Assembly (NCBI GenBank): GCA_008632985.1
Contig: QPGO01000087.1
Coordinates: forward strand, 124,001-188,000
Source of the DNA: Psammoneis japonica
Lineage: Eukaryota
DNA length: 64,000 bases
Direction of reading: 5' to 3'
In this document: piece after piece, positions 24,037 through 35,239 of the stretch
How the letters are laid out: each line of letters starts with the position of its first letter
Position numbering within the stretch: position 1 is the stretch's first letter
Position numbers and translations under genes: made by a program
The notes under the pieces: model-generated
Told to the model about the DNA's origin: nothing
What the model saw: the letters and a program-made list of their open reading frames with translations, nothing else
Databases searched by the model: none

Positions 24037-24734
24037 TACCCGCAAGTGGAGACGTAGTCGTGGACCCTGCCTCTTCCATTGAAACGATTTAAAACAGATA
24101 CTGTGTGGCATTGCGACGAGCCCCTGCTTCTGCAGCTCTGTGTTATGAATTAAAACTCACTGTATTTGTTAGACTATGTAGAGCACCACTGAGAGTCGAT
24201 GTGAATCTCCAGAGAGACACACAGCACACTACTCCGCGTCCACCTCCTTCACAAGATCAAAACTGATTCAAAATCTTTTGCTGTTATCCATTTGCCAGGG
24301 GCGCAAAAGTTTCTCTCGAGGGCTCGGCGGAAAGGCGAAAGAAGCATCGAGTCGTCCCAACGCCGCGACAGCACAAAGTGGCGAATCGCACCTGCAAGCG
24401 GACACGGTAGCGCCGGTAGTAACCAAGAAGGCTCAGAATGTTTGGTTTTCAAATCAAGTCATGCTTGTACAGTAGGGGTGCTGCATCTTGACATACTGCG
24501 GGACATCCTTGCATGTCCTAGCTTGGACATGCAGAGCGACGGCCATGCGAGATTCGAGCTTGGCGTCTTCTTGCTATTACAGTTTCCCACCACTTCCAGC
24601 GCCACGAACAAATCCATTTGCGGTTGAAAAACTTGGCTGCCGTGACAATGCCCTTCAATCTGCCAAAAGAAGAAGAACAGGTCGCAAGGCAATAGGATGT
24701 GCCAAATCCGACATTGATCGTCAAAGAAAATGCG

Positions 24735-25043
24735 TGATTTCCATCTGCCACAGGCAAAGAATTTCTCTTTGAAAGGCAGCAGGAACTAAATGGCACATGA
24801 GAGGCATGCAACGCAACGTTCAGCGTCTCCTCTTATTTTGAACCTGGGATCGAAGATTTGATTTCCATCTGCCATGAGCAAAGAAGCAATCTTTGAAAGG
24901 CAGTTGGAAAGAAAAGGGAACAACAATCGAGTTGTTCTTTGCTCGGGGTTTCGTGGTAGCAGCACAACCCTCTACGTGACAAAAGATTCTGAAATGCTTG
25001 ATTTCCACATGCCATGGGCAAAGACACATCTTTGAAGGGCAGG
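24735..25043. repeat. Three dispersed ~45-bp direct repeats
   Basis: TGATTTCCAyyTGCCAynnGCAAAGA...TCTTTGAArGGCAG at 24735, 24859 and 24999. Confidence 0.8.
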
Positions 25044-26067
25044 CGGAAAGTCATTGGAACACTGGCAAGCACGGAGCAGTTCACCTGGCATGCCTCGGCA
25101 GCGGCAGTGCGCTGCGTGGAATCAAATCCGTAAGAAGACGAAGAAGCTGAAACAGACGCGGTGGCGGCAGTTGCAAGAGACGTTGTGGAGACGCTTCGCT
25201 TCAGAATCTGCGGCTTTTCAACAGCAGTCTTGCCTTGGGCTGGCTGCGTCTTGACGGACATGATGACGTTCTTGCAAGTCCTCGCCCAGATGTGAAGAGC
25301 AACCTTGCAAGCCTTGCCGTCAAAACGTTTCATGTGATTGCGGCGTCGCCACCTCTTCATGGCCTTGGACAGATCCTTTCGTTTCTTTGCTTTGAGAAAC
25401 TGGGAAGCTGTGACAATTCCCAGGCTTTCCAAGAACTCAGCCTGCCATGGACATGGAATGTGCCGCAGGGCGGTGAGATCGTCAATCGAAGAATCAATCA
25501 CGAGATTGACGCTGTTGTCCTCAGTGTTTGGCTGAGGAAGGCAAAAGTCAACACCTGCAACGCCGGCAGCTTCGGGGGATGACACCTTGCGTTGATGGTC
25601 CACATCACCCAGGTTTGAAATGACATTGGCACGAGATTTGCCAAAGGCGGCGGGGCAAGTGGACGTGGTTTTCTTGATTGCTGCGGGCGGTGTGAAACGA
25701 GGTTCCTTCTTTCTCATTTCATTGCTCTCTGTGGTTGAGTCAGATTTGCACCCAGTGCGAGTTGGACTGGGAGACCGTGGCCGGCCACCAACATCCATTG
25801 GAACAGTTCGAGATGACAGCTCACCGTCAAACTGAATGACTGTCAAACTGAATGACTGTCAAACTGAATGACTGCTTCTTCCTCATCAATGACGACGAGC
25901 TTCTTTTCGGAAGAATCGCTGTCGTCGACATGAGAAAGCTTGCTCTGCCTTTGGTGCTTCTTGTTGGCCAGAATGGCGGAAGTTGCAGCGACTTTGGCAG
26001 CCGCCATTGCCATGCCAACAAAAGACTGAGATCCAACAGTGGAGGCCTGAGATTTTTCGGCCGACAT
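24833..26067 (-). pseudogene. TpA-depleted gene-like sequence of unknown function, frameshifted by a 16-bp triplication
   Basis: MSAEKSQ...EEEAVIQFD joins in frame to GELSSRT...WQAEFLESLGIVTASQFLK...KRWRRR if two of the three 16-bp units are removed; almost no Tyr or TpA. Confidence 0.55.
25826..25873. repeat. Perfect 3x16-bp tandem repeat GTCAAACTGAATGACT
   Basis: Copies at 25826, 25842 and 25858. Confidence 0.95.
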
Positions 26068-26589
26068 GTTGAGAACACCGTTGCAGAGCAGAGACCACAG
26101 AGAAAATTGACAATTTGTGAGTTGTGACAACTCGCGTCACTCTTGCGTTGTATGTGCATTCGTCGTTGTAACAGCCACAAAGCACTCAAAGGTGCCTCCA
26201 AAGGTTGAAGTGCGATGGGGCCCTACGTGGACCAGTTCGTTCCCCCAGGTACCGACAGATTTTTGATGTCAGTGGCAATGTATTATATGTCGGTGGCATT
26301 TTTTAGTACAAATGATGTATAATTCTACATACGGTATGAAGTACGTACAAACACTAATGGGTTTTGACGTCATCAACAAACGGCGTCGCGCGCACTCCTC
26401 GCGCGGCGTCAAATCCTGTATTCGGGAGACGGATTGACACTCGCAAAAATTTCGCAAGAGATGATGGCAGCTGGAGCGTGAAAGCGAAAAAAATCAAAAT
26501 GTGAGTCAGTCGCGGGCAAAAGCGAAGGAAAATGATTCCTGTTGGTGTTCATATTGATAGTTTGCCTCGTCAGGAGAGTTACTAAAACC

Positions 26590-28842
26590 ATGCGAGGTAT
26601 CAACCATCTTGCCTCGCTATTCTTAGCTGCTAGTACGCCGTCCTTGAAATCCATCGTCGAGAATGCCGATTCGTTGTACCGCGATCTTGACCGACTTGGA
26701 TCTTCCAAGCACTATTCCCCTACAGTAAAGTTTTCTTTTGTAAAGCCTTCAGAAGAAGGAAAGTCTTGGAGAGATCATGATGATAGTTGGACTCACGATA
26801 ATAATGAAAAGGAGGATATCTTTGAAAGCATGGCCACAAACAACGGATCGCTCGAGAAGCCAATCGCGCTGTACCTGCCAGGTCTAGACGGGTTTGGCAT
26901 TTCAGGTACTCAGCAGTTTGATGATTTGTCTCGAGCTTTCGAGTTTTGGCGCCTCGTTGTTTCCCCATCCGACAGGTCTTCCTTTGGCGAATTGACATCA
27001 AAAGTGGCAGCTTTTGTGGCAGATGTGGCCGTCAAGCACAACCGCAACGTTGTTTTGATTGGAGAGAGTTTCGGCGGACTGTTGGCTCCAGGTGTTGCTT
27101 TGCAAGTCCAAACTATGGCGGAAAGAAAAAAGATAGAAAACCCCATCAAAGGACTAGTGATGGTGAATCCTGCTACTTCTTTTGACGAAACAAATTGGTC
27201 CACTCTCGGGCCGCTCTTGGCCTCTCTTCGCCACGTTGAGAATGGCAATGACGAAGACGACAGCGATAGTCCAAGCCTTCCCACCCCATACTCTGTTGTC
27301 GGTGGTGTTGCATTAGCACAGTTTATACCGGATTCAAATCAGTATCAAAAGATTTTGAGCATTCTGCAAGACGCGACAATTACGACGGCTGGCGAACTCG
27401 CGGATGCTCTTCAGAGCATGGGAGGAGGTTTTGACATGTTGGCCAAGCGCCTGCCCGCTGATACAGTTGAGCATCGCGTTACTCAGTGGCTCCCTGTAGG
27501 AAGTGAAGTTGTGAATCAACGGCTTTCTCGGGTAGACGTCCCGACTCTTGTGATTGCTGGGCAAGACGACAAGATGCTCCCATCCCAAAAGGAGGCGAAT
27601 AGACTGTTGGACGTCTTGCCTAATGCGAAAAAGTTGGACGTTAAGGGATCTGGTCATTTTGTGCTGGACGATCGAGTGAATCTGACGGAAGCCATTGAGT
27701 TTTCAGACATTGACCCATTCAACTACAAGGCTCAAGAGAAAGAAACCGAAGATCCAATCACCGATTGGAAGTTGCCCCCTCGAAAAGAAATTCAAGATAT
27801 CATTGACACACGGGTGGCACCGCTGAGAAGACTCACGAGCCCAGTTTTCTTCAGCACTGATAAAAATGGTGTCCGACGAAAGGGTTTGTCGTGTGTTCCA
27901 GGCGCATCAGATGGGCCAATGGTGATTGTGGCGAATCATCAATTTGGTAAGTTTGGAAAAGGTAGAAATCATGTTTCTATTGAGTAAACCATCTCATACC
28001 ATCTTTTCTTGAATTTGGAATCGCTGTCAGGTGGTCTTGATCTTGGAATGATAATTGCTCAACTGATTGAAGATCGCGGTATAGCTGCTCGAGGGCTTGC
28101 CCACCCCATAATCTTTCAAGGTGGTCCGCAAGGCGGAACTAACGACGAAAGATTCAATGGTGGCGAGACTCCTGGCATTCGACAGTCATCGGAGAATACC
28201 GGTGCTCTTCAGTCTCCGTTTGGAGAAAAGTTGTTCAAGACATTTGGCGCCGTCATGGTTACTCCAAGAAATTACTACCGGCTGATGCAGACTGGACAGA
28301 CGCTTTGCTGTTTCCGGGCGGCGTTCGGGAGGTCTTTCACGGCAAGAACGAAGCTTACAAACTGCTTTGGCCGGAGAACTGGATTTTGTTCGTACTGCGG
28401 CAAAATTCAATGCTACTGTCGTGACCTTGAGTGCTGTAGGCGCTGCCGACAGCGTTAACATTCTCGTAGATGCACCAGATATGGCGAAACTTCCTTTTGG
28501 TATCGGAGGCGTGTTTTGGAATCATCGGCAAACATCACTGCAGCAAGGTTCAACCAAAAGGACGAGAACGAGCTATTTGCGGCTCCTTTTTCCATACCAA
28601 AGGGCTTGCCAGCTCGTCATTACTTTGTGTTTGGAAAACCAATGAGTACATCTAACTTAGACCACCGAGATATCGATGGTTGCAAGTCGTTTTACCAGGA
28701 TGTGAAGAGTGAACTTGTCCGAGGCTTCGACGATGTCTTGAGGGCAAGGGAAAAGGATCCTTTTCTGGACTCGCTTCGTAGGCTGACATATGACAACTGT
28801 TTGGGAAGCAAGCCCCAACCTTCCAGTGCAAGAGGTGAATAG
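26590..28842 (+). CDS. Esterase/lipase/thioesterase-acyltransferase (phytyl ester synthase PES-like; alpha/beta hydrolase + DAGAT domain)
   Basis: LYLPGLDG, GESFGG nucleophile elbow, VNPATSF, SGHFVL, VANHQF/GGLDL, RGLAHP, LFPGG; intron ~27947-28030; apparent 1-bp frameshifts near 28302, 28378 and 28509. Confidence 0.82.
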
Positions 28843-28910
28843 GTAGGGATAATAAGAGAAATCGAGCACCATGCTGAATGCTAAAAGAAATGTGTTATAA
28901 TTCAAAGTCA

Positions 28911-30002
28911 CTATTCTAGCATTGGTTTGATCGATCGATTTGGTATCGATCGAGGCAGTGTAAAGTTCTTTTTCCTCCATGGTTTATTTGATAGATCTGA
29001 GTTGAAGTTCATTCGGCTCTTGAGTTTACCAAACGGTTCCCCTAATCTGTCGGGTATCGATTCAATCACGGGAGGAAGGCGGACGACAGGTTTGTCGACA
29101 ACGATTCTATCTCCATTTGGTAGGCCAGCAAGATAAAGCCGTGGTCCGAACCAATAACTCATGGCCATCCCACCAATAGCTCCGCCAATGTGGCCCCAGT
29201 TATCCACCATGGGGTTCATAAATCCCAGGAAGAGGTTGATTGAGATCGTCTGAAGCAAATTGTCCGACATTAAGTCTCCGTACCGCCCAAATAGTTGCTT
29301 GTTTCTATTCAAAAAGACATAGTAGCCCCCAATGATTCCAAACACCGCCCCGCTTGCTCCTAGAGAAGGATTCGGGCTCTTTATAGCACTCAAGAGATTG
29401 GCTGTCACTCCAGACACAAAATAGGTCGCTAGAAACCGACCGCCTCCAAAAAAGCTTTCAACGTCCGGCCCAACAGCACGAAGCGAGTAACAGTTAGTCA
29501 TTAAGTGAGCTATACCACCGTGAAGAAACATGGGAGTGACTAGTCGATAGAGATCCTTTCCTGCAAGAATCCGTTCTGATAACTTCATTCCCCAATTTGT
29601 TATGGATGAAAACTTGACTTGCAGAGCATATGTAGCAACATTTATGGCTACGAGTTTTGTAGTCAACGAGAAGGAACCGGTTCTGCTTTTGAGTTGGGGT
29701 TTCCAGGCGCGATACTTGGCAGCGCTCTGTCGACGATTTTCTCGCTTTTCACGTCGAACTGGCGGTGGTCCATAATCATAATCTTCGTCATCCGAATCAT
29801 CAGACGGATCAGATGAAGAGTACATGGATGAAACGGGTGTTGCTTCCATTCTCCCAAAACTTATCGTTCTTGAACGGGGAATTCTTCGGTGTGGAACGGT
29901 GCCTGATATATTTACATTTTCCACAGCGCATACGGCAGTTAAGCCAAAGAAGAATGCTGTAAAAAGGCAAGATGCAGCTAAAGACTGTATCGCTTGTCGC
30001 AT
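28911..30002 (-). CDS. Rhomboid family intramembrane serine protease with N-terminal presequence
   Basis: YRLVTPMFLHGGIAHLMTN, catalytic GASGA, NWGHIGGAIGG. Confidence 0.9.
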   Translation of the reverse strand: MRQAIQSLAASCLFTAFFFGLTAVCAVENVNISGTVPHRRIPRSRTISFGRMEATPVSSMYSSSDPSDDSDDEDYDYGPPPVRREKRENRRQSAAKYRAWKPQLKSRTGSFSLTTKLVAINVATYALQVKFSSITNWGMKLSERILAGKDLYRLVTPMFLHGGIAHLMTNCYSLRAVGPDVESFFGGGRFLATYFVSGVTANLLSAIKSPNPSLGASGAVFGIIGGYYVFLNRNKQLFGRYGDLMSDNLLQTISINLFLGFMNPMVDNWGHIGGAIGGMAMSYWFGPRLYLAGLPNGDRIVVDKPVVRLPPVIESIPDRLGEPFGKLKSRMNFNSDLSNKPWRKKNFTLPRSIPNRSIKPMLE

Positions 30003-30229
30003 TGCTGATTTTCCCAAGGAATCTCGATACCGATTATTCGTTTTAGAAAAGGCCTTTCTGACGCTACAGTTTCTCAATTCTGATACGTGGCATGAAGCAG
30101 ATAGTAATAAGTCTCACACTTGCTATGCTCGTTGTGCTACTAGCTATCCCTCGATTTCTTTCGCCATCGTTGCCGCGATCATCGAGCGCGTTGAATTTGA
30201 CGCAGGCTCAGACGTCGTACAGACGATGA

Positions 30230-32070
30230 TTGAAAGAGACCGTGCGTGCCGTGCGACAGCGGTGTTCATGCAGCACACACAATTGTGGGACCCACCTGCG
30301 GCGCTTTCTTCTTGCACAACAGCTTGCTGTTTGAGAGGATCACAAGTGTGCTGCAATGTCCTGCCTCTTCTGTGCTTTCTTTTTGTATTTGCAGCTGTGC
30401 CAGCCCTGTCACATCCGCCCACAGTGTTCGTCGTGTGCTCCTCACAAAAAGCAGCCCACGCTGTCCAGCAGCAGCAGCTGAAAAAGCAGCTTTCAAAAGC
30501 TCCCATCATGTCTTGACAGTGCCAAGGAGGCAAAAGAATGCACCTTGTGATTTCAGTGGTTTGAATGACAACTTTCATTTTTCTTGCACCAGAGCAAAAA
30601 GCAGAGGTGCTGTGGTCAAGCCGGTGCAGGAACTCTCTTTGCTGTCTGCTGTGTGTGATTTTGGTTTCTCTCTTCCTTTTTTGTGGGAGTGCAGTGCAGC
30701 ACTCCAGTCATGTGCAGTGAGTTGTGGGGAAAACACACTGTGTGTCTTGTTGACCACTTCATTTGTTTTGCAAAACCAGTGGCTGCCAGCCAACCAAGGA
30801 GTGCATTCAATTGAGCAACTCCACTTGCATGCAGAGCACAAAAGATCTTCCACCTGCTGCTTCCCATGGCATTTTGCTCAAATTTGTCTCTTGTTCAGCA
30901 TTGGGTTTTCATCAATTTAAAAATGGTGCTGCATGCTCACAAAGTTTCACAAGTGTGGCTGTGATCTTCATGCTTCAAGCAATGCAAAAACACAGCACAA
31001 CACAGGTGCGCTGTCACATTTTTTGCAAAAAACCTGCCAGCCCACATTTCAAATCTGCTTCAATGATTCCAGCCATTTTGACATTTTCCTGCAAAAGCTG
31101 CACACAGACTGGCATGCCAAAGCAACCCCCCACCCAAGCAAACCTCAAGAGGAAACATGGCAATCATGCCATGCCTCTCACAACTCTGAAGTTGACAGAT
31201 TGACCTGGCATTGTCACTCAAAGCTGCTGTCAATCATTGTGCAGGCTCCCCATCTTCTCTTTACAATGGGGCACTCTTTGCCATCTCTCTGCTGAATGCA
31301 TGCTCTTTGCTTTGCTTTTTTGTTGTGTTGAAGCAAGCCACTCAACTTTCGAATGTCAACCAGACCGGGGTTGTGGCTTTCTGAGTGCTTGAGACCAAGC
31401 CATCCAAGATGCTTCTTCTAACTCAGATTCCAGCCAAAGAGTCAAACACCAAAAAGAGAAACAACTGACTGCTGCCAGGAGCCCTTCCATTTTGACAACA
31501 TTGGGGACTCTTCTCATACATGCAAAAGTCTTCTTGCACCTCTCTCTGCTGCTTCTCACACCATCCACAAAGTTCACAACAAGACCAAATGTTTTAAGAA
31601 CAAGGAAAGTGAGACTCTCCCTTTGACTGCAGAAAGCCACAAGTGTTTGCACATGAAAACATCATCGATGCCCGTCACTTTGGCACAAGTGAAAAGTTCA
31701 CCACTCAGAAGAAGCTCGCTTGTCAACATGTTTCATTGAAAGATGTTCTGCTTTTGTTCTCCATGCATCAAGATGTGCAAACCACCAAGTGCAAGGAAAG
31801 GGTCCAGAGGCTCATCTGTCACTGCGCAAAGGCTGCCTCAGAACAAACAGTGGTCAGTCAACATTCGTTCTGTGGCAGAGTCCATTGCATTTTGGCATTG
31901 TTGTGTTTTCAAGAGGGGTTCTTGGAAAGGATTGCAACTTGCAATGGGGTTGAATGGAGTTTCTTCTTTGCCATTTTGCAGCTGCTCAACAGATCCACGG
32001 AAGAATTCCGCTGCCTGAGAAAAAAGTCATCTCTGATGGATGCCATGATTCACCATGGTGAGGCAACCAA
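30230..32070. other. TpA- and CpG-depleted degenerate block (unidentified remnant)
   Basis: About 6 TpA in ~1.8 kb by hand count; abrupt return to normal composition on both sides. Confidence 0.8.
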
Positions 32071-33049
32071 CTAAGAAGAACTGGTCGGTCGTGACCAACT
32101 CACTGGATCACAGAATTCAATGATGACATGTGTCATTGTTTTGGGAAGCCGTGATTCGCTGTGGTGAGGCAACCAGCGGAAGCTCCACCCAGTCGGTCGT
32201 GTCATGAAACTCGCTCTAGATTGGAACTGCTGTAAACCAGCAATTTGGCACAGAGAAAAGAAATACATGCCGTAGAGCAATCCTGCTCAACATCAAGATG
32301 GCCATCCTTTCTTTTCATAAGGCTCCTCTGGAGCTGACTTCGTAGTGTGTACAGGGCATGGTTGTGTTTGAAAGATCCATCATCCGTTGTCGTCCTTTCG
32401 TGCCTGTTCATCATTAATTTGTAATCACCCACATTGGTCAACGGTGATACTTTGAGTCTTCGGTGTGCACCATTAGTTGATTTGTAGCTTGAAAAGGTGT
32501 CTGACAGTTGTGCAGGTAAATCCGAATAGGCCGACATGTCACAGGCCACGGTACGCGACATTCTACAAGAGAAATGCTTGCCAAATAAAAACGAGACAAC
32601 TATTTACCGATATTGGAACTATATCTAAGATCGATTTCGGCTTCCGCCTCTCTAACTACAATCCTGATTCCTGCCAAGGCGATGCTGCGCAACCGCTAAA
32701 CAGCATTTTCTTAAAGGAAAGTAGGTCATGCGACCTCTGTATCATTTCGGCTGAAAGATGTACGCAAGAAGACACTTCTCCACCGCCGAAAATCGGCCAC
32801 CGTGCGAGTCAATCTTGACCTTGACATCGGCGGGCCCGACAATATGAGAGGAGGGAATTTTGAGACTTTGTCTGGGGCGATGTATCATGAGGGATGCTAT
32901 GCTTCACCTACAGTACAACTTTGCTCAGCTGTGGCAGAGAAATCATTACTCCTTCCAGAGACCTCGTGTGCACGACGACAATGTCCGAAAAGCGTTGCCA
33001 GTTTTAGGCTTCAACACAGTGTGAGTTATGTTCTCTCAATTGCACCAGC

Positions 33050-33345
33050 TCTGTAGAGTGACGCAGCATGTTGCAGGGCGACTCTTCAGAATGGTGGTTT
33101 CTGGTCGGTCCCTGGCCACCATTGTCGCTGGGTAGATCAGAATGTTTGACCAACTCCCGGTGTCTCTTTCCCATCACGCTACGACCAGAGATAACCTCAT
33201 TCTTGACAGCCATTCTTGCATCTACCCAGCCTTTGAATATCTTCCAAGTACCTGAAAAGAAACGGGGAGCCTTGGCAATGATCATTTTGGACAAGGTCTC
33301 TGGGAAGCATAGTGAATCAACAGCAGCTAGGTATTGCGGCGTTTC
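33050..33345 (-). pseudogene. Fragment of a SEC14/CRAL-TRIO domain gene
   Basis: VDSLCFPETLSKMIIAKAPRFFSGTWKIFKGWVDAR...LPSDNGG resembles the CRAL-TRIO C-terminus (YPE...INAP.FF...W...K.WLD...LP.EYGG); N-terminal part missing and stops follow. Confidence 0.7.
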
Positions 33346-33432
33346 GCTGAATAGAAAGGCACTACCGTAATCTACAGAAGCACGAACACAGTCTACACAA
33401 GCATTAAGAACAATATCTAACTTCTAAACGAT

Positions 33433-34284
33433 TTACCCCAAAATTATTCTATTCGCACTTTTTGGTAGTTGCAAAGGAGGATTGTGAATGAGAGCCTCCA
33501 AATGGTGGGACGATTCACCCACCCGCTTCCGCTGTCTTCTTTCGGATGTCAGTTTTAGGGTGGATGATCCAACCGAAAAAGATACCTCTTCAGAATGAAA
33601 GTGTCCCCAGCTACTTGAATGAGTAATGCTGCTGGTGCTAGACACAGAGGGGAGGGTATCATCAGATGTCGACGAACCTCCTCCGAGAGAGCAAAGATTC
33701 GCCTTGCATGTTCGACTACGCGTCAGTCGAGAGTAGCGATACCGCTTTCGTTGCGACGTACTATCAATCTCGTCAGGTGCGGTGAATTCGTTTCTGTCCC
33801 ATTCAATCTTGGGGAAGGATTCGGAAAACTCGAGAGGCTTTGTTTCACGAGTAAGAGCATTCATGTCAAAACGATGTTCAGATAGCTGGAGATCAGGGCA
33901 TGCTCGTTGAGTGGAAGCAAACGATATCATTCTCGGGGGTGTAAAGTTCTCGCCTTTGTTCTCGCGATCTGGCGGAAGATCTTTCTTTGCTTCGAGAGCC
34001 ATTGTAGCAGGGAGGTGCTCTTGTCTTTGCTCAGCATTCACGCATTTGCGAAGTGATATATCCCGAGCCTTAATGCTCGAGAACACGGCGAGCGATGACC
34101 CATCCAATGGGCAAATTCCTGCGGCACTCAAACATGGAATTTCAAACTCGGTTGTACTTGTTCGTTTCCTCATCCTCTTCATTCCCAAAGCTCTTGGAAC
34201 AGACACGTTCCCATGTTGGCTCTCAACCACCCTGTTCATTGTACTTCCAAGCTCAACGCTCGACTTTGCCACTCGTTGAAGCAT
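33433..34284 (-). CDS. Hypothetical Ser-rich protein
   Basis: 283-aa ORF with ATG start and normal composition; no recognised domain. Confidence 0.55.
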   Translation of the reverse strand: MLQRVAKSSVELGSTMNRVVESQHGNVSVPRALGMKRMRKRTSTTEFEIPCLSAAGICPLDGSSLAVFSSIKARDISLRKCVNAEQRQEHLPATMALEAKKDLPPDRENKGENFTPPRMISFASTQRACPDLQLSEHRFDMNALTRETKPLEFSESFPKIEWDRNEFTAPDEIDSTSQRKRYRYSRLTRSRTCKANLCSLGGGSSTSDDTLPSVSSTSSITHSSSWGHFHSEEVSFSVGSSTLKLTSERRQRKRVGESSHHLEALIHNPPLQLPKSANRIILG

Positions 34285-35239
34285 TTGATTGTTCTAGCGA
34301 GCGAAATTACGTAATATTATGTTGTGTTGAGTGCGGTTTGCGAGATTTGCGAGGCATTCTCCTGACTGGTGAGTCAGCACAGTTTCTTGATAGTCCTTCC
34401 TCATTTCTTCGAGAACACTGTTGTGCAGTAGAATCCTATACGCATTTCAATGTAGGTAAACTTGAATTTAAACACGTCATCTACAGCAGAACAAATTATT
34501 TTGATAAGGTCATATCATTTCAGAACGTCGACAAATGCAATATTTTTAGAGGAAAGCCAAAATACTATGCATCGCTGATGTTTGATTTTAAATGACGTAG
34601 GTGACACCACCTGTGACTCATTCTTCGTGGCGATGACGCGAAAGCTACCTTCAACTTGAGATAGATACAGACTCTACCGGTATCTCTCTAGCTAGCTACT
34701 CTCTCTAGAGAGCCTCGAAATCAGTGTAGCCTGCTATCTATCGGCATAGAGAATGAAGCGAGAGTACGTAGTACCACCTCCCCTCTTTACAGTACTTTAC
34801 CCTTGATAAATTGGGGCTCTGTCCAATGTCATTACCCCAGTGGCATCGAAAGAGTTACTGTATGTAGCTCGGCTTGGAACGTGTACAAGTAGTTATGCTT
34901 TCTTGTTCATTTTCACAACAATGCATGGCGACGAAAGATTCAACCCGGTGGGACGATAACTACTTCAAATTATATAGCTTATGAAGCAGTAGGATGTTGT
35001 TATGTAAGGCCTAGCCTAGCCGATTACAATAGATTGCGACATTTGTTTGTCAAGAGTGATGTCTCTTGACAATCGAAATTAAGGCAGTAAGGGCCCAAAG
35101 TTATGCATTGTAACTAGACAATTGGAAACGAACCATCGCCATTGTTACAACTTGTCGAAACTGGTGGTATTAGAGCTGATTTCTCGTCCGTAGTTCTCCA
35201 TTCCGTTTCTCGACCCGAGCTTGTAGTTTAACATGGTGC

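Noticed and set aside
24735..25043. CRISPR array
   Set aside because: Only three degenerate repeats with long unequal spacers, no cas genes, and a eukaryotic context.
26590..28842. Calling the PES-like, ANTH and myosin genes pseudogenes or programmed frameshift cases
   Set aside because: Motifs are intact, composition is normal, and scattered 1-bp losses are better explained by sequencing error.
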